The notes: a model not told the origin generated them from the sequence alone. Positions 1 to 10,514 are shown, counted from the stretch's first letter. The stretch is DNA of 64,000 nucleotides from an uncultured delta proteobacterium (GCA_963695875.1 CAVOID010000013.1:22917-86916), one strand, 5' to 3'. Translations and numbers: made by a program.

Positions 1-569
1 TCATCGACATCTACCGGGAGATGGCCAAGCGTCTGAACAGCGTCGGTATGAAAATATACGTCTCTGCCCCTGGCAAGTTTCCCGATCTCGGCAATGGGCT
101 CGATTGTTCCGATTTCATTATTGGCATGCATGATGGAAATCAGAATCGTCTTGTCCGTAATTGCCTTTTTCACGTCCGCGGGATCGACAAGGCCATATTT
201 ATCAACGGGAATCAAGGTAACTTTAAACCCCTGTTTCTCCAGAAAATGGCATGGCTCCAAAACAGCGTGGTGTTCTATCTTCGACGTTATGATATGGTTC
301 CCCTTCTCACGCCGGGCGAAAGCCACGCCTTTAATCGTAAAATTGTTGCTTTCCGTCCCACCGCTTGTAAAGACAATTTCTTCCGGCTTTGCCCCGATAA
401 AAGCAGCAACAATATGACGTGCCTCTTCTATGGCGTGCTTCGCCCCCTGACCGAAAGCATGGAGACTTGATGGATTCCCATAGACCTCTGTGAAGTAGGG
501 CAACATGGCCTGCACCACCCGGGGATCTGTGGGCGTTGTCGCCGCATTATCCAGGTATATCCTTTTCAT
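1..569 (-). CDS. iscS: Cysteine desulfurase IscS/NifS, 5' part (runs off window start)
   Basis: Manual minus-strand translation: [13 protein letters not shown]...YGNPSSLH...[12 protein letters not shown]...[12 protein letters not shown]; lies directly downstream of an Rrf2 gene. Not in the ORF track. Confidence 0.93.
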   Translation of the reverse strand, partial: MKRIYLDNAATTPTDPRVVQAMLPYFTEVYGNPSSLHAFGQGAKHAIEEARHIVAAFIGAKPEEIVFTSGGTESNNFTIKGVAFARREKGNHIITSKIEHHAVLEPCHFLEKQGFKVTLIPVDKYGLVDPADVKKAITDKTILISIMHANNEIGTIEPIAEIGKLARGRDVYFHTDAVQTLGHLPVDVD

Positions 570-644
570 TTTACGTTCCTCATCATCGATGATCCGAAAC
601 CAAACCCTCTTTTCTTCTTTGGGCCGTTTTTATTTCACTCCTTT

Positions 645-1085
645 TCAAATATTATGCATCATGGTCTTTTCAACTTTTTCCTGATTCATTTTGACCAGCG
701 TCTCCAGGGTGATCGAACTCAGGGTCTCCGAAATTTTTCCGCCTATAATCGCCCAGACATCACGGCTTACACAGATCGGAACCCTCGGACACGTTGAAGG
801 ATTCTTGATACAACCCACAAGTGAGGAATCTCCATCCAAAACATCCATGATCTCTTTCAAGGTGATCTGCGATGGTTCCCTGCCGAGGCTGTATCCCCCA
901 TAAGCCCCCCTGCTGGAATTGACCAGACCGACTCCCCTCAGGGGTATGATGATCAAACTCAAGTACTTTTCGGAAATGTTTTCCCCTTTGGCGATATCTT
1001 TAAGAAATACCGGGCCTTTGCCATAATTAATAGCCAGTACAATCATCAATCTGACTCCATACTGTGCTCTCGTGGAAAGTTTCAT
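645..1085 (-). CDS. iscR: Rrf2-family transcriptional regulator, IscR-like
   Basis: MKLSTRAQYG...SEKYL...SSRGAYGGY Rrf2 motifs; three Cys (C-x6-C-x5-C); upstream of iscS. Likely start ATG at 1085. Confidence 0.8.
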   Translation of the reverse strand: MKLSTRAQYGVRLMIVLAINYGKGPVFLKDIAKGENISEKYLSLIIIPLRGVGLVNSSRGAYGGYSLGREPSQITLKEIMDVLDGDSSLVGCIKNPSTCPRVPICVSRDVWAIIGGKISETLSSITLETLVKMNQEKVEKTMMHNI

Positions 1086-1395
1086 AGCGATCCTCAAATA
1101 CAATAGAGACCTTGAAAACTCTTCAAAGGCCTCTAAATTTGGTACGGACAAATTTTATAATTCTAAGAAATAAAATATTTATTCAATAATTATGAATAGT
1201 TAACCACTCCAGAGGAGACCTTTCTCCAAGGTCTCAATCACTACTAATACAATCGTTTCGATAGTAATTAAACTATTTGCAGAATATTGTCAAGAAAAAA
1301 TTACATATTTGATTGAACAATTCGATTATGATAGTAATTGCTTGTTCACATTTATAACAAGATGAAATGTTTTAAGTTATAATTATTCTAAAATT

Positions 1396-2791
1396 ATGTC
1401 ACAAAGAATCCGTTACTACAGCACAAACAGAAATCTTGATAACGCTTCAGGAATTGTCCCGTTTAAAGGAAGTGTTTCCTTCAAAGAGGCGCTCCTGCGG
1501 GGTCAGGCCCCTGACGAGGGACTTTTCATGCCTGACCCCATTCCGGTGCTGTCTCTCCACAATATCATGGCTTTAAGAGGAAAGGCCTTACACCGCGGCG
1601 GCAATGCTCGTCGCAAAGGCCTTTCTGGCCGATGAAATCCCCGACAGGGTTCTCGAAAAGATTGTGGAAGACTCATACAACTACCCGGTCCCGCTGGAAA
1701 AAGTGATAGACCGCAAATATATCATGAGGCTTGATCAGGGGCCGACTGCCTCTTTTAAAGACTTTGCCGCCCGGATGATGGCCCGTCTGATGAGCTACTT
1801 CCGCGATCCTGGGAAAAGACTGAATGTCCTGGTTGCAACATCAGGAGACACGGGAAGCGCTGTCGGTGAGGCGTTCAAGGGTGTCGAAGGGATTGATGTC
1901 TACATCCTATACCCGGCAGGTGAAGTCAGCGGCATACAGAAGAAGCAGCTGGATACAATCGGCGATAATGTTCAGGCCATTTCCGTCGACGGCAAGTTTG
2001 ACGATTGCCAGAATCTGGTCAAACAGGCCTTCTCCGATTCATCCCTTGCTGATCTTAATCTGACCTCGGCAAATTCCATTAATTTCGGCAGGATTCTTCC
2101 TCAGATCGTTTACTACGTCTATGCATACTGCACAACTCGCCGACGACAGGCGAAGAAATCGTGTTTTCCGTTCCTTCGGGAAATTTCGGCGATGCCCTCG
2201 GCTGCGAATACGCAAGAAGGATGGGGCTCCCCGTGAAAAAACTCGTCATGCCGACCAATGAAAATGACGAATTCCCTAAATTTCTTGAGACAGGCATCTA
2301 TGAAAAGATATCACCCTTCCAGGGCATGCCTGTCCAGTGCTATGAACGTGGGGCATCCGAGCAACCTCGCCCGGTTCTTTGATCTGTACGGGGGGACGGT
2401 AGATCGCGGCGGTGTTGTCCACAAATACCCCGATAGAGAAGAAATGAAGCGGCACATCTTTTCCGTAAGTATTTCTGACGAAGAGACAAAAAAAACTATC
2501 AAAAGGGTCTATGAACAATACCGGGTTCTCCTGGAGCCTCACGGGGCAGTGGGCTGGAGGGGTCTTGAGAGTTACCTGGAACGGTGCGGTGATTTCCCTT
2601 TATGTGTATCCCTCGAAACAGCACATCCGGCCAAGTTTCCTGATGAAATCGAAGACCTGCTGGGAATTATCCCTGAAAGGCCGCAGAGCATGAAGGACAT
2701 AGATAACAGAAAGGGAGGACCATTTGAGCTTTCCGTTAATTATAATACATTTAAAAAATATTTAAGCAGCCGCCTGAAGATTACATCATGA
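1396..2791 (+). CDS. thrC: Threonine synthase (split by about 3 frameshifts)
   Basis: Fragments 1396-1635, 1604-2236, 2161-2382, 2258-2791 carry GQAPDEGLFMP, GPTASFKDF (PLP Lys), ATSGDTG, SANSINFGR, VPSGNFG, ETAHPAKF. Confidence 0.9.
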
Positions 2792-3543
2792 GAATGAGCT
2801 TACACCTCCCGGCTTACCTGATGATCCTCTCATCCATCTTCCTTTTCCTGGCATGTGCCCGGATCTCCGACACTCCCGGTAGGGCTGCTCTTCGGGAAGG
2901 CAAGCCGGTTCAAGAGAGAGACGTCCAAGACTTTCCGGCAAACATGATCGGTGAATCGTCCCAGATTCTCCTAGTCCGGAATATGAACCCAGCCTCGGCT
3001 GACGTTCAGGTTCTTGCCCTGGAAAAGAGAAATGGCCGCTGGCAGAGTCCTTTTGTACCTATGGAAGGCGTAATTGGAAGAAACGGTTTTGCACGGCCGG
3101 GAGAAAAGAGAGAGGGAGACGGCAGGACTCCTTCAGGCATATTCCCCCTCGGGACGGTCTTTGGCTATGAGCCGTCTTCTCCGACACGGATGCCCTACCG
3201 GCAGGCGACTGTTGACGACCTCTGGGTCGATGACGTCCATGCCGATGATTACAACCGCTGGGTCAAGAAGGGCACAACCAAGGCCTCTTCATTTGAAAGG
3301 ATGAGGCGGGAAGACGATTTATACAAGTACGGGATCGTAGTGGAATATAACACGAACCCCGTCATCAAAGGTTACGGAAGCGCCATCTTTATCCATCTCT
3401 GGAAAGGCACGGGAAAGCCTACGGAGGGCTGCATTGCCCTGTCGGAAGAGGATCTCATCAGGGTCATCCGGTGGCTGAATCCGGAGGCAAGGCCCCTTGT
3501 CGTCATGGGAACGAAGGAAATTATCGAAGGGTATGGTAAATGA
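2788..3543 (+). CDS. L,D-transpeptidase/carboxypeptidase (YkuD family), probable lipoprotein
   Basis: KREGDGRTPSG, GSAIFIHLW...PTEGCIAL (catalytic His/Cys); signal peptide ending FLAC. Confidence 0.85.
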   Translation: MRMSLHLPAYLMILSSIFLFLACARISDTPGRAALREGKPVQERDVQDFPANMIGESSQILLVRNMNPASADVQVLALEKRNGRWQSPFVPMEGVIGRNGFARPGEKREGDGRTPSGIFPLGTVFGYEPSSPTRMPYRQATVDDLWVDDVHADDYNRWVKKGTTKASSFERMRREDDLYKYGIVVEYNTNPVIKGYGSAIFIHLWKGTGKPTEGCIALSEEDLIRVIRWLNPEARPLVVMGTKEIIEGYGK

Positions 3544-4314
3544 ACCGAAAGCCCCTCCTTGTACTAGCCTTCCTTCTTTTTATCTTTATCGTTCAGCCGC
3601 TCCTTCCGGATGTTAGCTGCTGTGAAAACGGGACGCCCGAGAGCTTTGTAAATGTCAAAGGGGTGACCCCCTCTATTCAGCTCGATATACGGTACTACGG
3701 CTCTCATAACTTCGTCGGCGAGCGGATCGACGGCTACAACGCGCCAAAATGCCTCCTCACGAGGGAGGCGGCAGCTGCCCTTGCAAAGGTCCAAAAAGAA
3801 CTTGAGGCATCCTCATTATCACTCAAGGTCTATGACTGCTATCGGCCACAGCGGGCGGTCAACCATTTTGTAAGGTGGGCAAAGGACATAAAGGACATAA
3901 AAACCAAAGAGGAGTTCTATCCAACGATGGAGAAGCTTGATCTTTTGAGGGGAGTTTATATCGACACCAGATCAGGCCACAGCAGGGGGAGTGCCGTTGA
4001 CATCACCATTGTCCCCATCCCCGTGCCCGCGCAGGCCATGTATATGCCGGGAGAGAAGCTCTACGCGTGCTATCTCCCTGTGGAGAAACGATTCAAGGAC
4101 AATAGCATCGACATGGGAACAGGTTTTGACTGCTTTCACAAATCTGTCTCATACGGCAAACAGAGAGGTAGGGAGAGCGCAGCACAACAATCGTCTGCTG
4201 CTCAAAGCGCTCATGGAAAAACATGGATTCAGGAACTACGAAAAAGAGTGGTGGCACTTCACCCTAAGGGATGAACCGTTTCCGGAGACCTATTTCGATT
4301 TTGTCATCGAATGA
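3540..4314 (+). CDS. ddpX: D-alanyl-D-alanine dipeptidase (VanX/DdpX, peptidase M15D), one frameshift
   Basis: YDCYRPQRAV, SGHSRGSAVD, DMGTGFD, and EWWHF in the shifted frame (3991-4314). Confidence 0.88.
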
Positions 4315-4384
4315 CGCCCCTGCCCTGTAATTCTCGTCGTGAGGCTATGTCCCGGGGCGAACTGGAGAAGCCGATCGGATCATT

Positions 4385-5629
4385 ATGAACATCAAGTCGT
4401 CCACATTCTTCAGATCCTATGGGTTTTCGATCCTGTTGATCGCCTCCATCGGCATTGGCTCCGTATTGGGAATTGTCCTGAAGAAGGAAGCTGTTATCTT
4501 CAAACCCTTCGGGGATGTTTTTCTAAACCTCCTTTTTACCGCCATCGTTCCCCTTGTGTTCTTTTCCATCACCTCCGCCGTTGCCGGCATGTCCAATATG
4601 AAGCGCCTGGGCAAGATCCTCTCTGCCATGCTGTTCGTGTTCATACTGACGGGCATTGCTGCCTCGGCGATTATGGCCATTGCCGTGCAGTTTTATCCGC
4701 CGGCGATGGGAATCAGGCTGGATTTAAATATCCCTGCCGGCCTGGAGCAGTTCAAGACATCCGAACAGATCGTCAACGCATTTGCAGTGCCTGACTTCCT
4801 GGATATTCTCTCGAAGAAGAACATGCTCGCCCTGATTATCTTCTCCATCCTCATCGGGCTTGCCACCTCTTCGGTCGGGGAAAGGGGTAAGACATTCTCC
4901 GCATTTCTCGCCTCGGCAAATGAGGTGATGATGAAGGTCATTCACTATATCATGTTCTATGCTCCCGTCGGATTGTGCGCTTACTTTGCTTATTTCATCG
5001 GGGTATACGGTCCTGAACTATTGGGTTCCTACCTCAGGGCTATGACGCTCTATTACCCTGTCACCATCCTTTATTTTTTCATTGCCTTTAGCCTTTACTC
5101 ATACATTGCCGCAAGAGGAACCGGTGTGCGCACGTTCTGGAGAAATATCATCCCGCCGTCCCTCACGGCACTGGCCACGGCAAGCAGCGTGGCGACCATC
5201 CCGTCAAATCTCGAGGCGGCAAACAATACGGGCATCCCCAGGGACATCAGCGAGGTCGTCATCCCCATCGGCGCAACCATTCACATGGAAGGCTCCTGCC
5301 TCGCCGCCGTTCTGAAAATCGCCTTTTTATTCGGGTTGTTCCACATGGATTTCTCAGGAACCCAGACCATCCTGACGGCAATCGGTATAGCCATCCTGTG
5401 CGGCACTGTAGTGAGCGGTATTCCCGGGGGTGGCGTTATCGGGGAGGTACTGATCATTTCTTTATACGGATTCCCCCCGGAGGTCTTCCCGATTATTACG
5501 ATGATCGGAACCCTTGTCGATCCTCCGGCAACCATGGTGAATGCCATAGGAGACAACGTCGCAAGCATGATGGTAGCCAGGATATTGGGGGGGAAAGACT
5601 GGATGCAGGAAGGTCAGCGGAATCTCTAA
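4385..5629 (+). CDS. Dicarboxylate/amino acid:cation symporter (DAACS family)
   Basis: Multi-TM protein with TASSVATIP, PIGATIHMEG, GIPGGG and TMVNAIGD motifs. Confidence 0.9.
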   Translation: MNIKSSTFFRSYGFSILLIASIGIGSVLGIVLKKEAVIFKPFGDVFLNLLFTAIVPLVFFSITSAVAGMSNMKRLGKILSAMLFVFILTGIAASAIMAIAVQFYPPAMGIRLDLNIPAGLEQFKTSEQIVNAFAVPDFLDILSKKNMLALIIFSILIGLATSSVGERGKTFSAFLASANEVMMKVIHYIMFYAPVGLCAYFAYFIGVYGPELLGSYLRAMTLYYPVTILYFFIAFSLYSYIAARGTGVRTFWRNIIPPSLTALATASSVATIPSNLEAANNTGIPRDISEVVIPIGATIHMEGSCLAAVLKIAFLFGLFHMDFSGTQTILTAIGIAILCGTVVSGIPGGGVIGEVLIISLYGFPPEVFPIITMIGTLVDPPATMVNAIGDNVASMMVARILGGKDWMQEGQRNL

Positions 5630-5672
5630 TTTCCAGGGCGCTGCGATATGCCCTTAAATGCCGTTCCTCTTG

Positions 5673-6125
5673 TTATTTAGCATCAACCTTGACATATGTC
5701 CTTCCCGTTATATTGACCTTTATCGTAGCCTTGGATTGTCTGCTGTTCTTCAGTTTAATATTGCCGAAAGGTGAGACGGTGCCTCTCGTAAGAAAATGAA
5801 CCGTTTGTCCGTTCCCGAAACTGGCACTGTCGATTTCAATATCCGGTCCGAATGATGCGAGACGTTTGGTGACAGCAGCAGGTGTGTCCGGCTGGATGGT
5901 GTAGCTGTGTCCGTCAACATCAAAATTAATTCGATATGTTGTGTTCTCAGAAACCGCCCTTTCCCTGCATAAGAAGAAGTCAGACACAATATGCCTTGCT
6001 GCCGATTCGAGATTTCTGTTTATTATGTAAGTATTAAAATTTAATCCAGCTATGGTAACAATTATCGACAATACGGCAAGAGTAATGATCAACTCAACGA
6101 TTGTAAATCCCTTCCTCAATTTCAT
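5673..6125 (-). CDS. GspH/FimT-like minor pseudopilin
   Basis: Class III signal MKLRKG|FTIVELIITLAVLSII with E5; C-terminal NITGR. Confidence 0.85.
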   Translation of the reverse strand: MKLRKGFTIVELIITLAVLSIIVTIAGLNFNTYIINRNLESAARHIVSDFFLCRERAVSENTTYRINFDVDGHSYTIQPDTPAAVTKRLASFGPDIEIDSASFGNGQTVHFLTRGTVSPFGNIKLKNSRQSKATIKVNITGRTYVKVDAK

Positions 6126-6467
6126 AAGGCACCTCTTAACCTTGATTTGCAAGACTCTGGTTTTATGACCTGTTAACTGGATTGGTTTTTTGAATTCTTG
6201 ATAATTGATTATGACGCCTGCTATGCGCATCGATTCCGATGTGCAGATCATTTAAAACACGTATGTCTGAAAATGCAATATGAAAAAATTATTGAGAAAA
6301 TACGAGTGAAAACTCGTATTATAAGAAGTATAACATGAGGTGCAAAGGGGCGAAGGTGATGTTGAAAGTTTCCTGACCGTCGAATTTATTGTGAATTAAT
6401 GGTATTGATTTGCCGGAGCAAACACTTCTAGTCATAATTTAAGTTGATACTTTTGTGGACCTGACAC

Positions 6468-8102
6468 TTACCTCTCCATGACCAGTTTTTGTTCATTTTT
6501 AGGAACATACCACTTGATAAAGTCGTACCCGATCCCAAGGGGCGCCGGTTCAATACCACGAAATCGGGCATGGATAATCGGCAGGGCATCGGGAACATAG
6601 AGGAAGAGGTATGGCTGCTCCTCGGCCAGTATCTCCTGTATCCTGTCATAGTATTTTTTTCTCTCCTTCTGGTCGAAGGTTCCCCTGCCCTTTTCTATCA
6701 GTTTATCGACCTCCTCGTTTTTGTAGGATACGAAGTTCAATTCCTGTGGTCCCGTTTTGCTCGAATGCCAGACATCGTAGATGTCGGGATCAAGGGGTAT
6801 GGTCCATCCCAGAATTGTCGCATCAAAGCGCCGCTTGTTGATGAAATCGTTGACAAAGGCGGCCCATTCAAGAACCCTGATCTTTACCTTGATGCCTATC
6901 TCGGAAAGACGCCTCTGGATGATTTCCGCACACTTCGCCCGAATCTCGTTTCCCTGATTCGTGATTATTTCAAAAACGAAAGGCTGACCGTCTTTATCCA
7001 GTATGCCGTCACCATCGGTATCTCTCCAGCCGGCAGCCGCCAGAAGCTCTCTCGCTTTCGCGGGATTGTATGGATACTTATTTACGTTGGGGTTGTAGAC
7101 CCAGGTGCCCGGCTTGAAGGGACCTGTGGCCTCCTTGCCCAATCCCAGCAGAATGCCCTGGATGATCTCATCCTTATTGATTCCGTATGCAATGGCCTGC
7201 CGCACACGCTTGTCGGTAAATAGAGGGTTTTTAAGATTATAACCTAGGTACGTGTAGGAAAAAGAAAGATACCGGTACTTATTGAAGTTCTTCCGGAATA
7301 GATTATTTTCTGTCTGTCTTGTATACTGAAGGGGAGTCAGGTTCATCCGATCGATGCCGTTTGCCCGCAATTCCAAAAACATGGTGGCCGTATCAGGTAT
7401 GATCCGCATGATATTACCATCAATATACGGCCTGCCTTCGAAATAGTCCGTATTGGAGACGAGGACGATCTTCTGGCCGGGCACCCAATCTTTGAATATG
7501 TATGGCCCTGTGCCTACGGGATGACGCGCCAGGGGAGATGTCGTGATGTCCTTCCCCTCAAGAAGATGCCTCGGCAGAACGGGCGAGCCCCAGCTCATAA
7601 GTGCAGGGGCGAAGGGTTTATCATAAGTAACCCGGAAGGTATAATCATCGAGGACCTCAGCCTTCTTGACCTTGAGAAAATCACCTGAATAGGCGGTGGG
7701 GGTCTTGGGGTCGATGGTAACCTTATAGGTGAAGAGGACATCCTGAGCGGTAAACGGATAACCATCATGCCATTTCACCCCTCTTCTGAGGTGGAAGGTA
7801 ATTACCAGTCCGTCCCTGGAGACCGCCCACGATTCGGCTAGGTCTCCGACGATGTTGATGTCTTTGTCATACTTGACCAGACCGTTATAAACCATAGAGG
7901 CTATGCCATGGGACGTACTGTCAGAAGATAAGATGGGAATCAAATTACTGGCATCACCAATGGAGCCCTCCACAATGATGTCCCCATAGGCAGGCCCTGA
8001 ATCGGCAAGGTTTCTGGCGGCACTATCCCGCTCTTTCTGGCTGCAGCCCCATAAAGCAATATGCACGACAATGACAAGAGTGACAAATTTTAAAATCTTC
8101 AT
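6468..8102 (-). CDS. ABC transporter peptide-binding lipoprotein (SBP family 5)
   Basis: LWGC lipobox; GDLAESW, GVKWHDG, PVGTGPY, VRQAIAYGINK motifs. Confidence 0.92.
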   Translation of the reverse strand: MKILKFVTLVIVVHIALWGCSQKERDSAARNLADSGPAYGDIIVEGSIGDASNLIPILSSDSTSHGIASMVYNGLVKYDKDINIVGDLAESWAVSRDGLVITFHLRRGVKWHDGYPFTAQDVLFTYKVTIDPKTPTAYSGDFLKVKKAEVLDDYTFRVTYDKPFAPALMSWGSPVLPRHLLEGKDITTSPLARHPVGTGPYIFKDWVPGQKIVLVSNTDYFEGRPYIDGNIMRIIPDTATMFLELRANGIDRMNLTPLQYTRQTENNLFRKNFNKYRYLSFSYTYLGYNLKNPLFTDKRVRQAIAYGINKDEIIQGILLGLGKEATGPFKPGTWVYNPNVNKYPYNPAKARELLAAAGWRDTDGDGILDKDGQPFVFEIITNQGNEIRAKCAEIIQRRLSEIGIKVKIRVLEWAAFVNDFINKRRFDATILGWTIPLDPDIYDVWHSSKTGPQELNFVSYKNEEVDKLIEKGRGTFDQKERKKYYDRIQEILAEEQPYLFLYVPDALPIIHARFRGIEPAPLGIGYDFIKWYVPKNEQKLVMER

Positions 8103-8160
8103 GCCAGGAAGATTACAGGATGCAAGATGTCTTTTCAATTAAATTTTACATGCTTTACGC

Positions 8161-8189
8161 TTGACACACATGAACCGCTCCCCTATACT
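8161..8189 (+). promoter_or_regulatory. Sigma70-type promoter upstream of YihY-cNMP gene
   Basis: TTGACA-17 bp-TATACT. Confidence 0.65.
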
Positions 8190-8275
8190 TTTATTTTAGC
8201 TCGCATATTATTTCTCCACCGAAAACAACATAAAAAATACCCTCTATACAGAACTTTCTTGAACACCGACAGAAC

Positions 8276-9856
8276 ATGACCGATAAAACAAAACAGACGT
8301 ATCACCGATGGGAAAATAGGATGGAGAAGCCCCACCTAGTCCTTGCCACGGCGTGGGACATACTGTGTGATACAATCAGAAATTACAAGTATAACGGCAA
8401 TGCCAATCAGGCCGCGGCTATTTCACTGTACGCGATTTTGTCTTTTATTCCCCTCTTCATACTCACTATGTTGGCGGCAAACTACATTTTTGGCGCTCGT
8501 CCCGTTATTCAACATGATCTCATCGAAACTATCCGGGGATTTCACCCCTACTTCTCGGAATCTCTCCTTGAACAACTGGGCCATATAGAACAAAAAAAAC
8601 AAGTCCTCGGCTGGGTCGGTATCTTCAGTCTGGTCTGGTTTTCCGCGATGATCTTCAATGCCATAGAACAAGCCATGAACATTATTTTCCGTTCAAGGAA
8701 GTACCGAAACTATCTTGTCTCAAAACTCCTTGCCATCTCCATGATTCCTCTGGGGTGGACTGTCGGCATTGTCAGTGTAGGATTCACCTATATCTCAACA
8801 CTCCTTGCTGATAAACCATTGCTGTCCAGTAAACAGTTTATAATCCTTCCCTTCCTGCACGGAGCCCTGTTTCGCTATATACTGCCTTTCCTTCTGACAG
8901 TGGCTTTTTTTACGATTGTCTACAAAATTATCCCCACAGTCAAAGTCAGTCTGGGAAGCGCGCTGACCGGTGCAGCCATTTTTTCCGCCTTAACGGAGAT
9001 GGCCAAACACTTTTTCACCTGGTATGTGTCCAACTACACCAGATACCATGTGATTTTTGGTTCCCTGGAAACCGTAGTCATACTTGTAATCTGGGTCTTT
9101 TACGTGGCTTTGATCCTCCTCTTCTGTGCTGAGCTTATTTCCTCTTACCAGAGAAGAAATCTGATCCTCCTTGAAAAGGCCTTTTTAAAGCCCAGAAAGA
9201 AAACTATGGAAATCGATGAACGCCTGTTTAGGAAATTCGGCCGTATGTATCCCAAAGGCGCCTATATCTTCAAACAGGGAGATACGGGGCAGGAAATGTA
9301 CTACATTCTCGTGGGTAATGTACGCGTGGAAAAAATTGCCGGCCAGGTAAAGAAGGTGCTTGCTGAAATGGGGCCGGGGGATTACTTCGGTGAAATGGCA
9401 GCGTTGATTGAAGCTCCTCGTACCGCTTCAGTACAAGCCACGGAGGACAGCAATGTGGCTGTCATTGACGGTAACACCTTTCGTGACCTGTTACGCGAGA
9501 GTGGGGACGTGTCCCTCTTTATGCTTAAAGAATTTTCTATCAGAATCAGACAAACAGGTATCGCGCTCGGTGAACTTACCCAATCCTGGATCAAGTTAAT
9601 GGCCATTCTCTACTTTTGCTACAAGTGGCCATTCCCGGATGACAAGGATCCCATTTATGACCTGGCGAGATACACAAGAAAAGAGCCGGTTGAGATTCAA
9701 CAGTTATTATGGGATCTCAGAGATCAGGGGGTCATAACCATCCGGGATGGACGTGTTTCCGATTTCAGTAAGGAACGAGCTTGGGAATTGCTCAACAAGC
9801 AGGTCTTTTCCCCGGATAGGCGCGCAGAAAAACGAGATCTGGAAATTCATATATAG
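8276..9856 (+). CDS. YihY/BrkB-family membrane protein fused to a cyclic-nucleotide-binding domain
   Basis: N-half AAAISLYAILSFIP...Y..IFGSL..VVILVIW; C-half IFKQGDTGQEMYYI...GDYFGEMA..PRTASVQA. Confidence 0.85.
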   Translation: MTDKTKQTYHRWENRMEKPHLVLATAWDILCDTIRNYKYNGNANQAAAISLYAILSFIPLFILTMLAANYIFGARPVIQHDLIETIRGFHPYFSESLLEQLGHIEQKKQVLGWVGIFSLVWFSAMIFNAIEQAMNIIFRSRKYRNYLVSKLLAISMIPLGWTVGIVSVGFTYISTLLADKPLLSSKQFIILPFLHGALFRYILPFLLTVAFFTIVYKIIPTVKVSLGSALTGAAIFSALTEMAKHFFTWYVSNYTRYHVIFGSLETVVILVIWVFYVALILLFCAELISSYQRRNLILLEKAFLKPRKKTMEIDERLFRKFGRMYPKGAYIFKQGDTGQEMYYILVGNVRVEKIAGQVKKVLAEMGPGDYFGEMAALIEAPRTASVQATEDSNVAVIDGNTFRDLLRESGDVSLFMLKEFSIRIRQTGIALGELTQSWIKLMAILYFCYKWPFPDDKDPIYDLARYTRKEPVEIQQLLWDLRDQGVITIRDGRVSDFSKERAWELLNKQVFSPDRRAEKRDLEIHI

Positions 9857-9943
9857 CCTGTTTCTTCAATCTCCCTTCCGCGTCCTAATAGATTAATCTT
9901 TACAAAAATTTCCCTCATGCCCTTTATGAGATACGTGCCGCAT

Positions 9944-9999
9944 ATACAACATCTTGTGCTCCTTTTTTCTTGACATACAAGATCAGTTCTCCCTATACT
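9944..9999 (+). promoter_or_regulatory. Sigma70 promoter with candidate NrdR box(es)
   Basis: ataCaAcATcTtGtgc at 9944-9959 fits the NrdR consensus; half-match 31 bp downstream; TTGACA(9970)-18 bp-TATACT(9994). Confidence 0.5.
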
Positions 10000-10052
10000 T
10001 TAACCACTGAAAGGGACGTTCTTAAATACCATTTTTTGTCGGAGGAATCTCC

Positions 10053-10493
10053 ATGAAAAAAATTATCTTTGTAGCAATGATGATCATCCTCTTAAACAGC
10101 CTGGCGATTGCCGGAGGAGGACTCGACAGTTTCCTTAACGATCTTAATATCCAGGCCCGGGCCGATATGAACGGCTTTTCCGCCAGAGTGAGCGCCCAAT
10201 TCGGCGTCCCCCTGCCGCAGGTTCATGCCGTAATCGGTACGGTCGCAGCCCCAGCCGACGCCTTCATGGTCTTCCAGCTTGGCCAGATGACCCGCAAGCC
10301 GCCCGATAGGGTCGTGCAGGTATACCAGGCCAACAGAGGGAAAGGATGGGGAGTGATCGCCAAGAGCCTTGGCATCAAACCGGGGTCGCCTGAATTCCAC
10401 GCCCTCAAGCGCGGTGACTTCGTTTTGAGCGGTCAGCCGGAAGAAGGCCCCGGGAAAGGAAAAGGGAAAGGCAAGGGAAAAGGACACAACTAG
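10053..10493 (+). CDS. Secreted hypothetical protein with Gly/Lys-rich tail
   Basis: GGAGG RBS, signal peptide, GKGWGVIAKSLGIKPGS motif, (GK)n C-terminus. Confidence 0.75.
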   Translation: MKKIIFVAMMIILLNSLAIAGGGLDSFLNDLNIQARADMNGFSARVSAQFGVPLPQVHAVIGTVAAPADAFMVFQLGQMTRKPPDRVVQVYQANRGKGWGVIAKSLGIKPGSPEFHALKRGDFVLSGQPEEGPGKGKGKGKGKGHN

Positions 10494-10514
10494 TTGCATC
10501 CTCTCCATACTCAC

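Noticed and set aside
21..470. Plus-strand ORFs of 149 and 107 aa
   Set aside because: Antisense shadows of the minus-strand cysteine desulfurase.
3540..4314. Vancomycin resistance gene vanX
   Set aside because: No vanH, vanA or vanRS nearby; Gram-negative context; the protein has a signal peptide.
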